Counted from the stretch's first letter, positions 55,202 through 64,000 are shown. The stretch: 64,000 nt of DNA from an uncultured Verrucomicrobiae bacterium (GCA_963765535.1 CAVXWU010000014.1:199963-263962), one strand, 5' to 3'. Notes: generated by a model from the sequence alone, not told the origin. Numbers and translations: made by a program.

Positions 55202-56212
55202 ATGGATGAAGTTGCCATAGCCGGCCAGTCACAGGAGGTCCTCTCCCAGTCCGAGGTCGATCGCCTCCTCGCCCAGGTCGCCGAACACGAACAATGCGCT
55301 CCCGACTCCGAGCGCAGTTCTGAGCTCAGCCCCAGGGATGACGTCCAACCCTACGATTTCCGGCATCCCGCTTTTCTTTCTCCGCTCGAACTCCGCAAGC
55401 TTCGGATCCGGCATACGGATTACCTTCGCACTCTCGCCGCGCGATTGTCGGTCTTTCTTCGGCTCGATTTCTCGCTCCAGATTTCCAACCTGCGAACGCT
55501 GTCGTTCCAGAAATTCGTCGATACCCTCCCCTCGCCCACCCACCTCTCCCTTTTCAAAGTCGAACCCCTTCGAGGGATCTCCGTGCTCGAACTCCACCCG
55601 CGACTCGGACTCACGGTTGTCGACCGACTCCTCGGCGGCCCTGCCCAATCGGTCCGAGCCGACCATGATCTGAGTGAAATCGAGATGGCGCTGCTCGATC
55701 AGGTCGTGCAGATGTTTATCAGCGAATGGTGCGTCCATTGGGCCGATATCCAGGACCTCCAACCCGTCCTGCTCGGCCATGAGACCCAAGGGGCATTCCT
55801 CCGCTCTTCCGCCCCGGATACCGTCATGCTCGTGCTCTCGATCGAGGCCCGCATCGGCGATTGCCTGGAGCAAGTCCAAATCGCTTTCCCCTGCGAAACA
55901 CTCGAACCGCTCGTGCGACAGCTTACTCGAGCCCCTGAGACGGCCGCCGCCAAAACCGTCCATTCCCACCCCGCCTGGAATCGCCAACTCGATGACCTCC
56001 GCGTCCCCGTCACGGCCGAATGGCCAGGAATAGAACTCTCACTCCGACAACTCACTCAACTCAAGCCCAACGACGTCTTGCCGCTTTCCCCTCACTGCAC
56101 CGAACAGGTTACCATACGCCTGGCCGACCTCCCCAAGTTCAGTGCCCGCCTTGGTACTCGCGACGGCCAATGGGCCGTCGAATTGAACGGGGTCCTCTCA
56201 CCCCAGACCTGA
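55202..56212 (+). CDS. fliM: Flagellar motor switch protein FliM
   Basis: N-terminal LSQSEVDRLL peptide, YDFRHP, and a C-terminal SpoA-like domain. Confidence 0.9.
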   Translation: MDEVAIAGQSQEVLSQSEVDRLLAQVAEHEQCAPDSERSSELSPRDDVQPYDFRHPAFLSPLELRKLRIRHTDYLRTLAARLSVFLRLDFSLQISNLRTLSFQKFVDTLPSPTHLSLFKVEPLRGISVLELHPRLGLTVVDRLLGGPAQSVRADHDLSEIEMALLDQVVQMFISEWCVHWADIQDLQPVLLGHETQGAFLRSSAPDTVMLVLSIEARIGDCLEQVQIAFPCETLEPLVRQLTRAPETAAAKTVHSHPAWNRQLDDLRVPVTAEWPGIELSLRQLTQLKPNDVLPLSPHCTEQVTIRLADLPKFSARLGTRDGQWAVELNGVLSPQT

Positions 56213-56221
56213 TACGCCGTT

Positions 56222-56479
56222 ATGGAAGCCACCACCCCCGCCAACTTGGAAATCCTTTTCGACCTCCCCGTCCAGCTCACTGTCGAACTCGGCTCGTGCC
56301 AAATGGCCATGCGCGACGTCCTCCAACTCGGCTCCGGTTCCGTCGTGCAACTCGATAAGGCCGCGGGTACCCCGGTCGAACTCCTCGTCAATCGAAAGCG
56401 CTTCGCCCGTGGCGAGGTGGTCGTCGTCGACGATCGCTTCGGCCTCCGTATCACCGAGATCCTCGCGCCGCCTGCCTAG
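56222..56479 (+). CDS. fliN: Flagellar motor switch protein FliN (SpoA domain only, 85 aa)
   Basis: LFDLPVQLTVELGSCQMAMRDVLQLGSGSVVQLDKAAGTPVELLVNRKRFARGEVVVVDDRFGLRITEI. Confidence 0.9.
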   Translation: MEATTPANLEILFDLPVQLTVELGSCQMAMRDVLQLGSGSVVQLDKAAGTPVELLVNRKRFARGEVVVVDDRFGLRITEILAPPA

Positions 56480-56543
56480 CCCGGAAATTTCACCCATCAA
56501 CCGCCTGCTGGGATCCGTCGGCTGTTCGGGTGAAATTTCCGGG
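56480..56543. repeat. Perfect 16-bp inverted repeat (possible operon-end hairpin)
   Basis: CCCGGAAATTTCACCC (56480-56495), a 32-nt spacer, then GGGTGAAATTTCCGGG (56528-56543). It starts 1 nt after the fliN stop. No T-tract follows. Confidence 0.6.
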
Positions 56544-56713
56544 CTCGGGAAACCCACGTCAAATTAGGGAATTCATCGCCCTGGATCGAAGCAAGAGCCT
56601 GGGCAAACGACGGACCCTTGGTCCTTGCACGCCCGACACCTTGTCAGTTCTGTTTTCAATTCTCTAAAGAGGTGCGGGTTTCTTTTAGCGCTCGAGGTTC
56701 GGCCTTCCTCCGT

Positions 56714-57358
56714 TCAACAGATCGCCTTGTAAACAAAGGCGGGGGGCAAGTTCATCCAGATGGTCGGCGAGGATTCCACCCGATGGAACCGCTCCTCAAG
56801 CTTGCGCCGGAATCGCCGACCCGCCGGCATGATCAATCCCTGCAAATACGCAAACGTGACAAATACACCGCCAGGCTTGAGGATATCCCCCAGGGTCAGC
56901 ATGAGTTCGTCTTGCAGCGCCTCCGGAAATGCCGCCCATGGCAAGCCCGATACCACGCAGTCGCAGTGGGGCGCCCCCATCGCCTTCATATGCTTGCGTG
57001 TGTTCACCGCAGAATCTTCATGAACCACCACCCCCGGACACCGCGCCCGAGTGAGTGCGACGAACGCCGGGTTGATCTCGATGGCAAAAAATTTTGCCGC
57101 CGCCGGCAGCTTCCGCTGTATCGCCTCGGTGAATATCCCCGTGCCCGGCCCGAACTCAATGACCAACGAAGCCGTTTCCACCCCTGCCCGATGCGTAATC
57201 AGCTCCGCCAAAGCCCGCGAACTCGGCGCTATCGCCCCGGTCGTCCCCGGCCCCGCCAGGAATTCCTTCAGAAACCGCCAGGCGTTGTTTCCTTTACCCA
57301 CGTTGGGAACCCATCCTATTCGGCATTGCTGATAAGTCAATGAGGGCAACAAGACCAA
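56714..57358 (-). CDS. Class I SAM-dependent methyltransferase (PmtA / rRNA adenine methylase-like fold)
   Basis: GAIAPSSRALAELI, motif I VIEFGPGTGIFT, and VVSGLPW. TTG start at 57358; the start is uncertain. Confidence 0.7.
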   Translation of the reverse strand: MVLLPSLTYQQCRIGWVPNVGKGNNAWRFLKEFLAGPGTTGAIAPSSRALAELITHRAGVETASLVIEFGPGTGIFTEAIQRKLPAAAKFFAIEINPAFVALTRARCPGVVVHEDSAVNTRKHMKAMGAPHCDCVVSGLPWAAFPEALQDELMLTLGDILKPGGVFVTFAYLQGLIMPAGRRFRRKLEERFHRVESSPTIWMNLPPAFVYKAIC

Positions 57359-57523
57359 GGGTTGCGAGGACTTCCTGTGAATCCCACCAACCGGGAGCCC
57401 GGATGCGCGCTGCCCAGCCCGAACCGCATTCGCCTCTGCCGCTAACCTAAATCAACCCGGCGAACGGCCAGGACGATAAAGGACGTGCTGGCACATCCCC
57501 GCCGCGCCAGCTATAAAACGCTC

Positions 57524-58939
57524 ATGCTGGCTCAAACGAGATATATGGCCGCAGCTTGGTTAGTAGCCTGCGCCTTCCCGGAGGTTCAGGTGGCGGCATT
57601 GCCCGACCTGCGCGTGAGTGACAACCATCGCTTCCTGGTCACGACCGAGGGAAAGCCCTTTTTCTGGCTCGGCGATACCGCCTGGGAACTCTTCCACCGT
57701 CTCAATCGGGAAGAAGCCGATCGTTATCTCGAGGATCGCGCGCGTAAAGGCTTCACCGTCATTCAGGCCGTCGCGCTCGCCGAGTTGAACGGCCTCAACG
57801 ACCCTAACCCCTATGGTCACCGCCCCCTCTTGGATAACGACCCCGCCCGGCCCGATGTCCAAACCGGGGATGATTACTGGGATCATGTCGATTACATCGT
57901 GACCAAGGCAAATGCCCTCGGGCTCTACCTCGGGTTTCTGCCAACCTGGGGCGATAAGTGGAACAAGAAGTGGGGCGCCGGTCCGGAGATCTTCACCCCC
58001 AACAACGCGGCGGTCTACGGGGAATGGCTTGGCAACCGTTACCGCGACCGCGGCATCATCTGGATCCTGGGAGGAGATCGACCAATCGAGAATGACACCC
58101 AACGCGACATCGTCTCCGCCCTCGCCCAAGGGCTTCGCAAAGGCGATGGCGGAAGACACCTGATCACCTTCCATCCCACCGGTGGCTCCGGCTCGTCCCA
58201 ATACTTTCAGGACTCGGAGTGGCTCGACTTCAACATGCGGCAGAATGGTCACAATGCGAACTTCAACGAGGGCTACCAGAATACCCGAGCCGACTATGAT
58301 CGCTCTCCTCTCAAACCCGTCCTCGATGGTGAACCCCTCTATGAAGATCACCCGGTCTCGTTCAACGCGGACAAGTTCGGACATTCGATCTCCGCAGACG
58401 TGCGCCGACCGCTCTACTGGGATCTGTTCACAGGCGCATTCGGCCATACCTACGGCCATCATTCCCTCTGGCAAATGTGGTCGCCAGGCAGAAACCCCAT
58501 CAACAACCCGCTCATGCCGTGGTATCTGGCCATCGACCAACCCGGCGCCGGCCAAATGCAACATGCCCGGCATCTCCTCGAGTCCCGGCCCCTCCTCGAT
58601 CGCATTCCGGATGATTCAATCATTGTGACTGATCGGGTGCCCACCAGCGTCCCAGGCGCCGGCCGCTACCGGTTCGTGGCGACGCGCGACACGGCGGGTA
58701 GCTATGCAATGGTCTACGCCCCCGTCGGACGCGCGTTCAAAGTCCGGATGTCCGCAATTCAAGCACCGGAGGCGAAGACCTGGTGGTTCAACCCGCGCAA
58801 CGGCAGCGCCCGTGAGATCGGGACATTTCCCACGGCCGGCGAGCACGAGTTCACCCCTCCCGACCCGGGTGAATTAACCGATTGGGTCCTCGTCCTGGAC
58901 GATGCTGCCAAAGGATATCCGGCGCCCGGAACACCCTGA
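57524..58939 (+). CDS. GH140-like glycoside hydrolase (DUF4038 apiosidase-like domain + C-terminal collagen-binding-like domain)
   Basis: [44 protein letters not shown] and FHPTGG. There is a signal peptide after ATG 57524; the ORF opens at GTG 57485. Confidence 0.7.
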   Translation: MLAQTRYMAAAWLVACAFPEVQVAALPDLRVSDNHRFLVTTEGKPFFWLGDTAWELFHRLNREEADRYLEDRARKGFTVIQAVALAELNGLNDPNPYGHRPLLDNDPARPDVQTGDDYWDHVDYIVTKANALGLYLGFLPTWGDKWNKKWGAGPEIFTPNNAAVYGEWLGNRYRDRGIIWILGGDRPIENDTQRDIVSALAQGLRKGDGGRHLITFHPTGGSGSSQYFQDSEWLDFNMRQNGHNANFNEGYQNTRADYDRSPLKPVLDGEPLYEDHPVSFNADKFGHSISADVRRPLYWDLFTGAFGHTYGHHSLWQMWSPGRNPINNPLMPWYLAIDQPGAGQMQHARHLLESRPLLDRIPDDSIIVTDRVPTSVPGAGRYRFVATRDTAGSYAMVYAPVGRAFKVRMSAIQAPEAKTWWFNPRNGSAREIGTFPTAGEHEFTPPDPGELTDWVLVLDDAAKGYPAPGTP

Positions 58940-58945
58940 AACGCC

Positions 58946-59938
58946 GTGCGCCACGAACAATCCCGACGTTGCCTGACTGGAAAGAATGCGATTTTGGCCC
59001 CCTGTGTCCTGACGACGATTCACCCAAACGCCAACCAAACTGTGCACCTGCCTGCGCCAACTCCAATCCTGAAGCAAACCCGTTCTCGCGGCGGAGTGAG
59101 TCCCCGTGCCCGTGCCTTCACGCTCATCGAACTGCTCGTGGTGATCGCGATCATCGCCATTCTCGCCGGAATGCTTTTACCCGCCCTGAGCAAGGCGAAG
59201 AGCAAGGCCCAGGGAATCCAGTGCCTGGGCAATCTTCGCCAACTGATGCTGGCATGGTTCCAATATGCCCTGGATCATGACGACCGGCTGGTTCCCAACG
59301 AATGGTACGTTTCCAATGGCGGCTGGGTAAGCGGCATCATGGATTTCAATCCCGCGAATCCTGACAACACCAACCGGCTCTTCCTGGTCGATGCCCGATA
59401 CGCCAGGCTGGCGCCCTATACCGGCACCCCTGACATCTACAAATGCCCGGCCGATCGAAGTATGGTCCAGATCAATGGCCGCGCCTATGCCCGGGTTCGC
59501 AGTATCTCGATGAACCATGCCCAGGGCACGCGCCCCGAGGGCGGGTCGGTCACGGCGATGTTCTTAACCCATCCGCCCTACCAGGTGTACGCCAAACTCA
59601 GTGAGATCATCGATCCCAGCCCCGGAATGCTTTGGGTGTTGGTGGACGAGCACCCCGACAGCATCAATAACGGCGGCATGGCCGTTCAATGCACCGGCCG
59701 GGGACCCAACGCCCGGATCATCGATTACCCCGCCAGCTTCCACAACGGTGCGTGCGGCTTTTCTTTCGCCGATGGCCATTCCGAAATCAAAAAATGGGTC
59801 GACCCCCGCACCACTCCGCTCCCCCATTATAATAATCAATTGCAGCTTAACGTATCTTCCCCGAACAATCCCGACGTGGCCTGGATGCAGGAGCGGACCA
59901 GCGCCCTGATGCCCAGACAAACTCGGGCAGTCCCTTAG
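58946..59938 (+). CDS. Prepilin-type N-terminal cleavage/methylation domain protein with a C-terminal H-X9-DG motif
   Basis: [32 protein letters not shown] (pilin-like N-terminus). [13 protein letters not shown] gives H-X9-DG. The true start is probably nearer the FTLIELL motif. The stop codon lies at the junction with the repeat element. Confidence 0.8.
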   Translation: MRHEQSRRCLTGKNAILAPCVLTTIHPNANQTVHLPAPTPILKQTRSRGGVSPRARAFTLIELLVVIAIIAILAGMLLPALSKAKSKAQGIQCLGNLRQLMLAWFQYALDHDDRLVPNEWYVSNGGWVSGIMDFNPANPDNTNRLFLVDARYARLAPYTGTPDIYKCPADRSMVQINGRAYARVRSISMNHAQGTRPEGGSVTAMFLTHPPYQVYAKLSEIIDPSPGMLWVLVDEHPDSINNGGMAVQCTGRGPNARIIDYPASFHNGACGFSFADGHSEIKKWVDPRTTPLPHYNNQLQLNVSSPNNPDVAWMQERTSALMPRQTRAVP

Positions 59939-60113
59939 TGGTCTGTTTCATAAATACGGTTACGTTCGCGGCCAGGGGTTTTTCGGCCAGACGAGGCGCG
60001 AGCAACGAGCATACCCGCAGCGGTCTGGAAGGCGCGAGCAACGAAGTCTGGCCGAAAAAGAACGGCCGCCCGGAGGGTTGCGCCGAATTTGGCCTGGGGC
60101 GGCGTTGCTCGGT
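59934..60113. mobile_element. Truncated inverted copy of the MITE-like element (one TIR only)
   Basis: 59939-60113 is the near-exact reverse complement of about 39928-40100. It carries the terminal GTGGTCTGTTTCATAAATACGGTTACGTTCG but lacks the opposite end. Confidence 0.65.
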
Positions 60114-60167
60114 GAAGCAATCAGCGACCGGCATAAAGATCGAGCCTATCTGGCCTGCACCGATTGA

Positions 60168-60574
60168 GCGATTCGCCCGGAGAGCGCTGACGGGATCGTC
60201 CTCGGCTGCCCGACGTACTACGGTTCAATGCCAGGGCGGATGAAAGCAGTGATCGACGATTGGTCTTGGAAGCTGGAGGTCGACTTCACCGATAAGGTGG
60301 GTGGCGCGTTTTCGACCGTACGCGGTCAGGCAAGCGGTAAGGAGTTCGTGCTGATCTCGCTGATCATATTCATGATCAAAACCGGATGGTCGTCGCAGGA
60401 CCGCTCTACCGCAACAACCTGACCCGCAGCGTATGGGCGGAAGTCGGGGCAACCGCCATGACCGGGCCGTTCGATCCGGGAGTGGGTGAAGCGGAGCCAT
60501 TGACTCGCTTCTCGTCAGCCAACGACCCGCGTGCGAAGACCCGGCTTAAACCGGTCTCAATTACCAAATTCTGA
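60168..60574 (+). pseudogene. Flavodoxin-like fold / NAD(P)H-dependent FMN reductase-type gene remnant (5'-truncated, frameshifted)
   Basis: ESADGIVLGCPTYYGSMPGRMKAVIDDW...GGAFST is in one frame. After about 60385, ...MVVAGPLY...GATAMTGP continues in another frame. The N-terminal ~70 residues of the fold are missing. Confidence 0.55.
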
Positions 60575-60754
60575 AGTATGAAGACGCAATCCCTCCTCAT
60601 GGAACTCTATTTGCCGGAAAGAATCCATGCAATCGAGCCTCCCTCCGGCCCAATCACTTTCCGAAAGGTCGAACATTAGTTCATATTCCCGACGGGAACG
60701 GCCTCAAGGCACGATCTGGGTGAGGGAGATGGCCATGGCGAGATGGTCCTGGTC

Positions 60755-60874
60755 TCAGCCCCGGCCGCAACACTTCTTGTACTTCTCGCCGCTCCCGCAG
60801 GGAAAAGGATCGTTTCGACGGATCTTCGGCTGCCGACTTAAGTCGTCAGCTTCGTTTCCCGCATCCTTGATCCC
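60755..60874 (-). pseudogene. Orphan SEC-C metal-binding motif tail with no start codon
   Basis: The minus strand reads [39 protein letters not shown]. It is bounded upstream by an in-frame TGA and contains no ATG, GTG or TTG. Confidence 0.5.
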
Positions 60875-60964
60875 TCAAGCAGTTTGCGGCCAGGTCAGGT
60901 TTTGGTCGGGGTGTGGCTGAGGAATCGCTTCCCTGCGTGCAATCGCCAGGTATAGTTGGAGCCC

Positions 60965-63052
60965 ATGGAAACAAACTGGCGACGGCCCGATGCGGTGAAA
61001 GCGGCGGTGCTTCTCATTTCGGTCATCGGACTGTTGGCGCACGCGGACGAAGGCATGTGGCTGTTCAATAATCCCCCCCGAAAGCTCTTATCGGAGCGCT
61101 ATGGTTTCGAACCCACGAACGCCTGGCTCGAACATATACAAAAGGCTTCGGTTCGATTCAACAACGGCGGCTCGGGCTCGTTCGTATCACCACAAGGCCT
61201 GATCCTCTCAAACCATCACGTGGGCGCCGATGCAATCCAGAAGTTGAGCAAGGCCGGACGAGACTACCTGAAGGACGGTTTCCTGGCCCGCTCCCTGGCC
61301 GAGGAACTGCCGTGCGTCGACCTCGAATTGAACGTGCTGATGAGCATCGAGGATGTAACCGATCGCGTGAATGCGGCCGTCAAACCCGGAATGCCGCCCG
61401 ACGAGGCCTTCCAAAGCCGCCGGGCCATCATGGCCGCGATTGAAAAGGAATCGCTCGACCAAACCGGCCTGCGCAGCGACGTGGTGACCCTGTTCCAGGG
61501 CGGACGGTATCACCTCTACCGTTACCAGCGCTACACCGACGTCCGGCTCGTGTTCGCCCCCGAACAACAAATCGCCTTTTTTGGTGGCGACCCCGACAAT
61601 TTCGAATATCCGCGTTACTGCCTCGACATGGTGCTGTTCCGCGCCTACGAAAACGGCCAGCCAGCAAAGATTCAACACTTCCTGAAGTGGAACGTCCAAG
61701 GCGCAGCGGAAGGTGACCTCGTGTTCGTCTCCGGACATCCCGGGAGCACCAGCCGCTCGCTCACCCTGGCCGAACTTGGCTACGACCGCGATTCGCGCCT
61801 CCCATATACCTTGGATCGGCTCTACGACCTCGAAGTCATTCTATCCGCCTATAGCGCCCGCGACGCCGAAAATGAACGGCGCGCCAAGGACCGTTTGTTG
61901 GGCGTCCAGAACGCGCGCAAGGCTTTGCGCGGCGAACTCGCAGGCCTTCTCGATCCCGCGATCCTCCGGCTCAAATCCGAAGATGAAGAAAGCCTGCGCC
62001 GCGAACTGGCAGCGAGCGAGTCCGAACGCCCCATCCTGGACGCCTGGAGTCAAATCCATGACGCCCAGAACATAATCGCCCATCACGCGCTTCAGTATCG
62101 CCTCCTGGAATCCGCTCACGGCTTCGGCGGTGATCTCTTCGACATCGCACGCACCCTCGTCCGCGCCGCCGACGAGTTGCCCAAAGCCAACAGCGATCGC
62201 CTCCGCGAGTTCCGCGACTCCGCCCTCGAATCGCTTAAGCTCGACCTGTTCTCCGAAAAACCGATCCATGACGACATGGAACAGCTCTTGTTGACGGATT
62301 CATTGACGTGGCTCGCCACCCGGCTCGGAGCAACCAATGAAATCGTCCAAACGGTTCTTCAAGGCAGGTCTCCACAGGAACGCGCCGCCGATCTCGTCTT
62401 GAAGACCCAACTCAAAAACGTCGGCGTCCGAAAACAACTCTTTGAAGGCGGCCTTGATGCCCTGAACTCCGCCCAGGACCCCATGCTGGAATTGGCGCGC
62501 CTGATCGATACCCCCGCCCGGACGGTGCGCAAAATTATGGAAGCCCAGGACGAATTGAAAAAACAGGCCCATGCCAAAATTGCCGAAGCGCGCTTTGCGC
62601 TTTCCAGTTCCAATCGATACCCCGATGCCACGTTCACCTTGCGCCTGGCATTCGGAAGGGTCCTCGGGTACCGGGAACAGGGTGAAGTGATCCCGTATCA
62701 AACCCGACTCCAGGGTCTCTACGAACGCGCCGAGGCCCAAAACCAACGTCCTCCCTTCGATCTCCCGGCACGCTGGATCGAACGCCGAAATCAACTCGAT
62801 CTTTCGACCCCCTTCGATTTCGTCAGCACCTGTGACATCACCGGAGGCAACTCCGGCAGCCCCGTGATTAATCGGGAAGGCGAACTGGTGGGTTTGATTT
62901 TCGATGGCAATATTTATTCCCTCGTGTTGGACTACATCTACACCGAAGAGCAGGCCCGGGCGGTCGCCGTCCACCCCGCCGCCATCATCGAGGCGCTGAA
63001 AAAGATCTACGGCGCCACTGCCTTGGCCACCGAGATTCTAGGCGCAAATTAA
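60965..63052 (+). CDS. S46-family dipeptidyl-peptidase (DPP7/DPP11-like serine peptidase)
   Basis: ADEGMWLFNNPP follows the signal peptide. SNHHVG (His), FGGDPDNFEYPRY (Asp region) and TGGNSGSPVINREGELVGLIFDGN (Ser). Confidence 0.88.
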   Translation: METNWRRPDAVKAAVLLISVIGLLAHADEGMWLFNNPPRKLLSERYGFEPTNAWLEHIQKASVRFNNGGSGSFVSPQGLILSNHHVGADAIQKLSKAGRDYLKDGFLARSLAEELPCVDLELNVLMSIEDVTDRVNAAVKPGMPPDEAFQSRRAIMAAIEKESLDQTGLRSDVVTLFQGGRYHLYRYQRYTDVRLVFAPEQQIAFFGGDPDNFEYPRYCLDMVLFRAYENGQPAKIQHFLKWNVQGAAEGDLVFVSGHPGSTSRSLTLAELGYDRDSRLPYTLDRLYDLEVILSAYSARDAENERRAKDRLLGVQNARKALRGELAGLLDPAILRLKSEDEESLRRELAASESERPILDAWSQIHDAQNIIAHHALQYRLLESAHGFGGDLFDIARTLVRAADELPKANSDRLREFRDSALESLKLDLFSEKPIHDDMEQLLLTDSLTWLATRLGATNEIVQTVLQGRSPQERAADLVLKTQLKNVGVRKQLFEGGLDALNSAQDPMLELARLIDTPARTVRKIMEAQDELKKQAHAKIAEARFALSSSNRYPDATFTLRLAFGRVLGYREQGEVIPYQTRLQGLYERAEAQNQRPPFDLPARWIERRNQLDLSTPFDFVSTCDITGGNSGSPVINREGELVGLIFDGNIYSLVLDYIYTEEQARAVAVHPAAIIEALKKIYGATALATEILGAN

Positions 63053-63174
63053 TCCGACAAACGCGGCGCACCTCCATCGATCGGCCGACTATCTGGCTCC
63101 GACAACCCATCATCCCCACAATGCGTTTTACAGCCGGCCATTTCACGCGATATTCTGCCCTCCGTCCGCATGGC

Positions 63175-63250
63175 GCCCCCATAGCTCAAATGGATAGAGC
63201 GGCGGTTTCCTAAACCGTTGATCCCTGTTCAATTCAGGGTGGGGGTACCA
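63175..63250 (+). tRNA. tRNA-Arg (anticodon CCT) with encoded CCA
   Basis: Hand-folded cloverleaf. Acceptor GCCCCCA/TGGGGGT. D arm GCTC-AAATGGATA-GAGC. Anticodon arm GCGGT-TTCCTAA-ACCGT. Variable loop TGAT. T arm CCCTG-TTCAATT-CAGGG. Discriminator A, then CCA. Total 76 nt. Confidence 0.85.
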
Positions 63251-63671
63251 ATTTTCCGATCAGGCTTCGTTGCAGCCAGTTACACTGCTCGCCGAGCCGC
63301 CAAGACGCCTCTGTCTTAAGGCCGCCAAAAGGCACTTTGCCCAAGACTTTGCCCAAGCCCACCAGTGCAGGTGCGTTCAAACACGTTCTAGGCGGTTAAC
63401 CGACCAGACGATGGGCAGTGTGCGATGCAGTGGTGCGATGAAGTGCGCGGTGAAGGCCCTGAAACCACACCGACAAGCACCTGGAATCTCCCAACTCCAG
63501 CAACTGGCGCTTCGCGCACAGTCGCGCTCCGGCCATCTCGAATGACCCGCATCCTCGGGGATCATCCTGCCCATAATCATTCTGCCGCTCCGACGGACGC
63601 CAGCGGTTTTACTTGCACTGCACAGCCATTAAAGAGGAGGTTCTTTTCCTACTCACCAACTCCAATACGCC

Positions 63672-64000
63672 ATGAAGACAACGTTGTCAGCTCTCGCGCT
63701 TGTTTCCACGCTGGCGAGCCAGCTTTGCCTGGCTCAAACCGACGCGCCCGCGGTGGAGGATTTCAAGCCCTCGTCACTGAATCAGCCCGGCAAACAATAT
63801 CCCCAGGTCAATTCTGAAAGGCGCGTCCGAGCTCGCCTGATGGCGCCCGAAGCACAGAGCGTCACATTCGAATTTCTGGGCGGTGGGAAGTATCCCCTGA
63901 CCAAGGGAGACGACGGCGCCTGGACCGGGGTCACGCGGCCGCAGGACGAGGGTTTCCACTATTACCAGCTCGTCGTCGATGGCGCCCAGGTCCCCGACCC
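63672..64000 (+). CDS. Secreted esterase-like protein with an N-terminal Ig-like/CBM48-like domain; the 3' end runs off the window
   Basis: Hand translation: MKTTLSALALVSTLASQLCLAQ (signal peptide), then ...RVRARLMAPEAQSVTFEFLGGGKYPLTKGDDGAWTGVTRPQDEGFHYYQLVVDGAQVPDP. This resembles the N-termini of CE1-type esterases. It is not in the ORF track because it has no stop in the window. Confidence 0.55.
   Translation, partial: MKTTLSALALVSTLASQLCLAQTDAPAVEDFKPSSLNQPGKQYPQVNSERRVRARLMAPEAQSVTFEFLGGGKYPLTKGDDGAWTGVTRPQDEGFHYYQLVVDGAQVPD

Noticed and set aside
59935-60120. A 61-aa ORF (MLHRATPPQAKFGATLRAAVLFRPDF...RNRIYETDH), duplicated as the tail of ORF 39541..40104.
   Set aside because: Both lie entirely inside the MITE-like repeat and run through its inverted repeats. 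The conservation reflects DNA repeat identity, not a protein family.
60627-60920. A 97-aa plus-strand ORF.
   Set aside because: It shows no protein-like features. The only recognisable coding signal here is the SEC-C motif on the opposite strand.
63334-63357. A perfect tandem duplication ACTTTGCCCAAG x2, downstream of tRNA-Arg.
   Set aside because: There are only two units, with no associated integrase, att-like repeat of the tRNA 3' end, or gene. It is most likely a slippage duplication of no clear function.
63251-63671. The region after tRNA-Arg, examined as a possible integration hotspot or genomic island border.
   Set aside because: There is no integrase, no direct repeat of the tRNA 3' end and no compositional shift visible within the window. 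The next gene is an ordinary secreted esterase-like CDS.

Overview
GC-rich bacterial chromosomal window with about 60 genes, densely packed on both strands. The gene content suggests the PVC superphylum, probably Verrucomicrobiota. That is an inference from a prepilin-type H-X9-DG protein, S46 and S8 peptidases, a GH140-like hydrolase, and ECF sigma/anti-sigma/Spy-like triads.

Contents from left to right:
- A pentapeptide-repeat/S8 peptidase, cut by the window edge.
- An ECF sigma module.
- Two paralogous, oppositely oriented cassettes of GntR(YtrA-type), ABC ATPase, large permease and a secreted hydrolase. They flank uvrA, an isochorismatase-family gene and a DUF4177 gene.
- rpoN, whose RpoN box is out of frame.
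- An MBL hydrolase and rsmI.
- A minus-strand block: ADP-forming acyl-CoA synthetase, acetyl-CoA hydrolase-GNAT fusion, clpC, a PIN/TRAM protein, DUF2007 and a GlcD-like oxidase.
- cutA, a GNAT, serA, a parvulin PPIase, and rplU-rpmA-(terminator)-obg.
- A PRC-barrel protein and a PAS hybrid histidine kinase.
- A roughly 280-bp MITE-like element with about 30-bp terminal inverted repeats.
- A four-gene unit ending in a sigma-54 activator.
- A perfect -24/-12 promoter driving a 12-kb flagellar operon: flgB, flgC, fliE, fliF, fliG, fliH, fliI, fliJ, a ylxF-like gene, fliK, flgD, flgE, fliL, fliM, fliN.
- A methyltransferase, a GH140-like hydrolase and a prepilin-like protein.
- A decayed patch: a truncated second MITE copy, a flavodoxin-like pseudogene and an orphan SEC-C tail.
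- An S46 peptidase, tRNA-Arg(CCT), and the start of an esterase-like gene.

No CRISPR array, rRNA, integrase or transposase gene was seen.

Most notable observations:
- Frame breaks in rpoN and fliK, both within the sigma-54/flagellar circuit.
- The MITE-like repeat family.
- The duplicated GntR-ABC-permease-hydrolase architecture, with a shared AGTGTATTA upstream motif.
- A possible fossil of a BREX-type methyltransferase 3' end.

All calls rest on reading the translations and sequence by eye. No database search was run.
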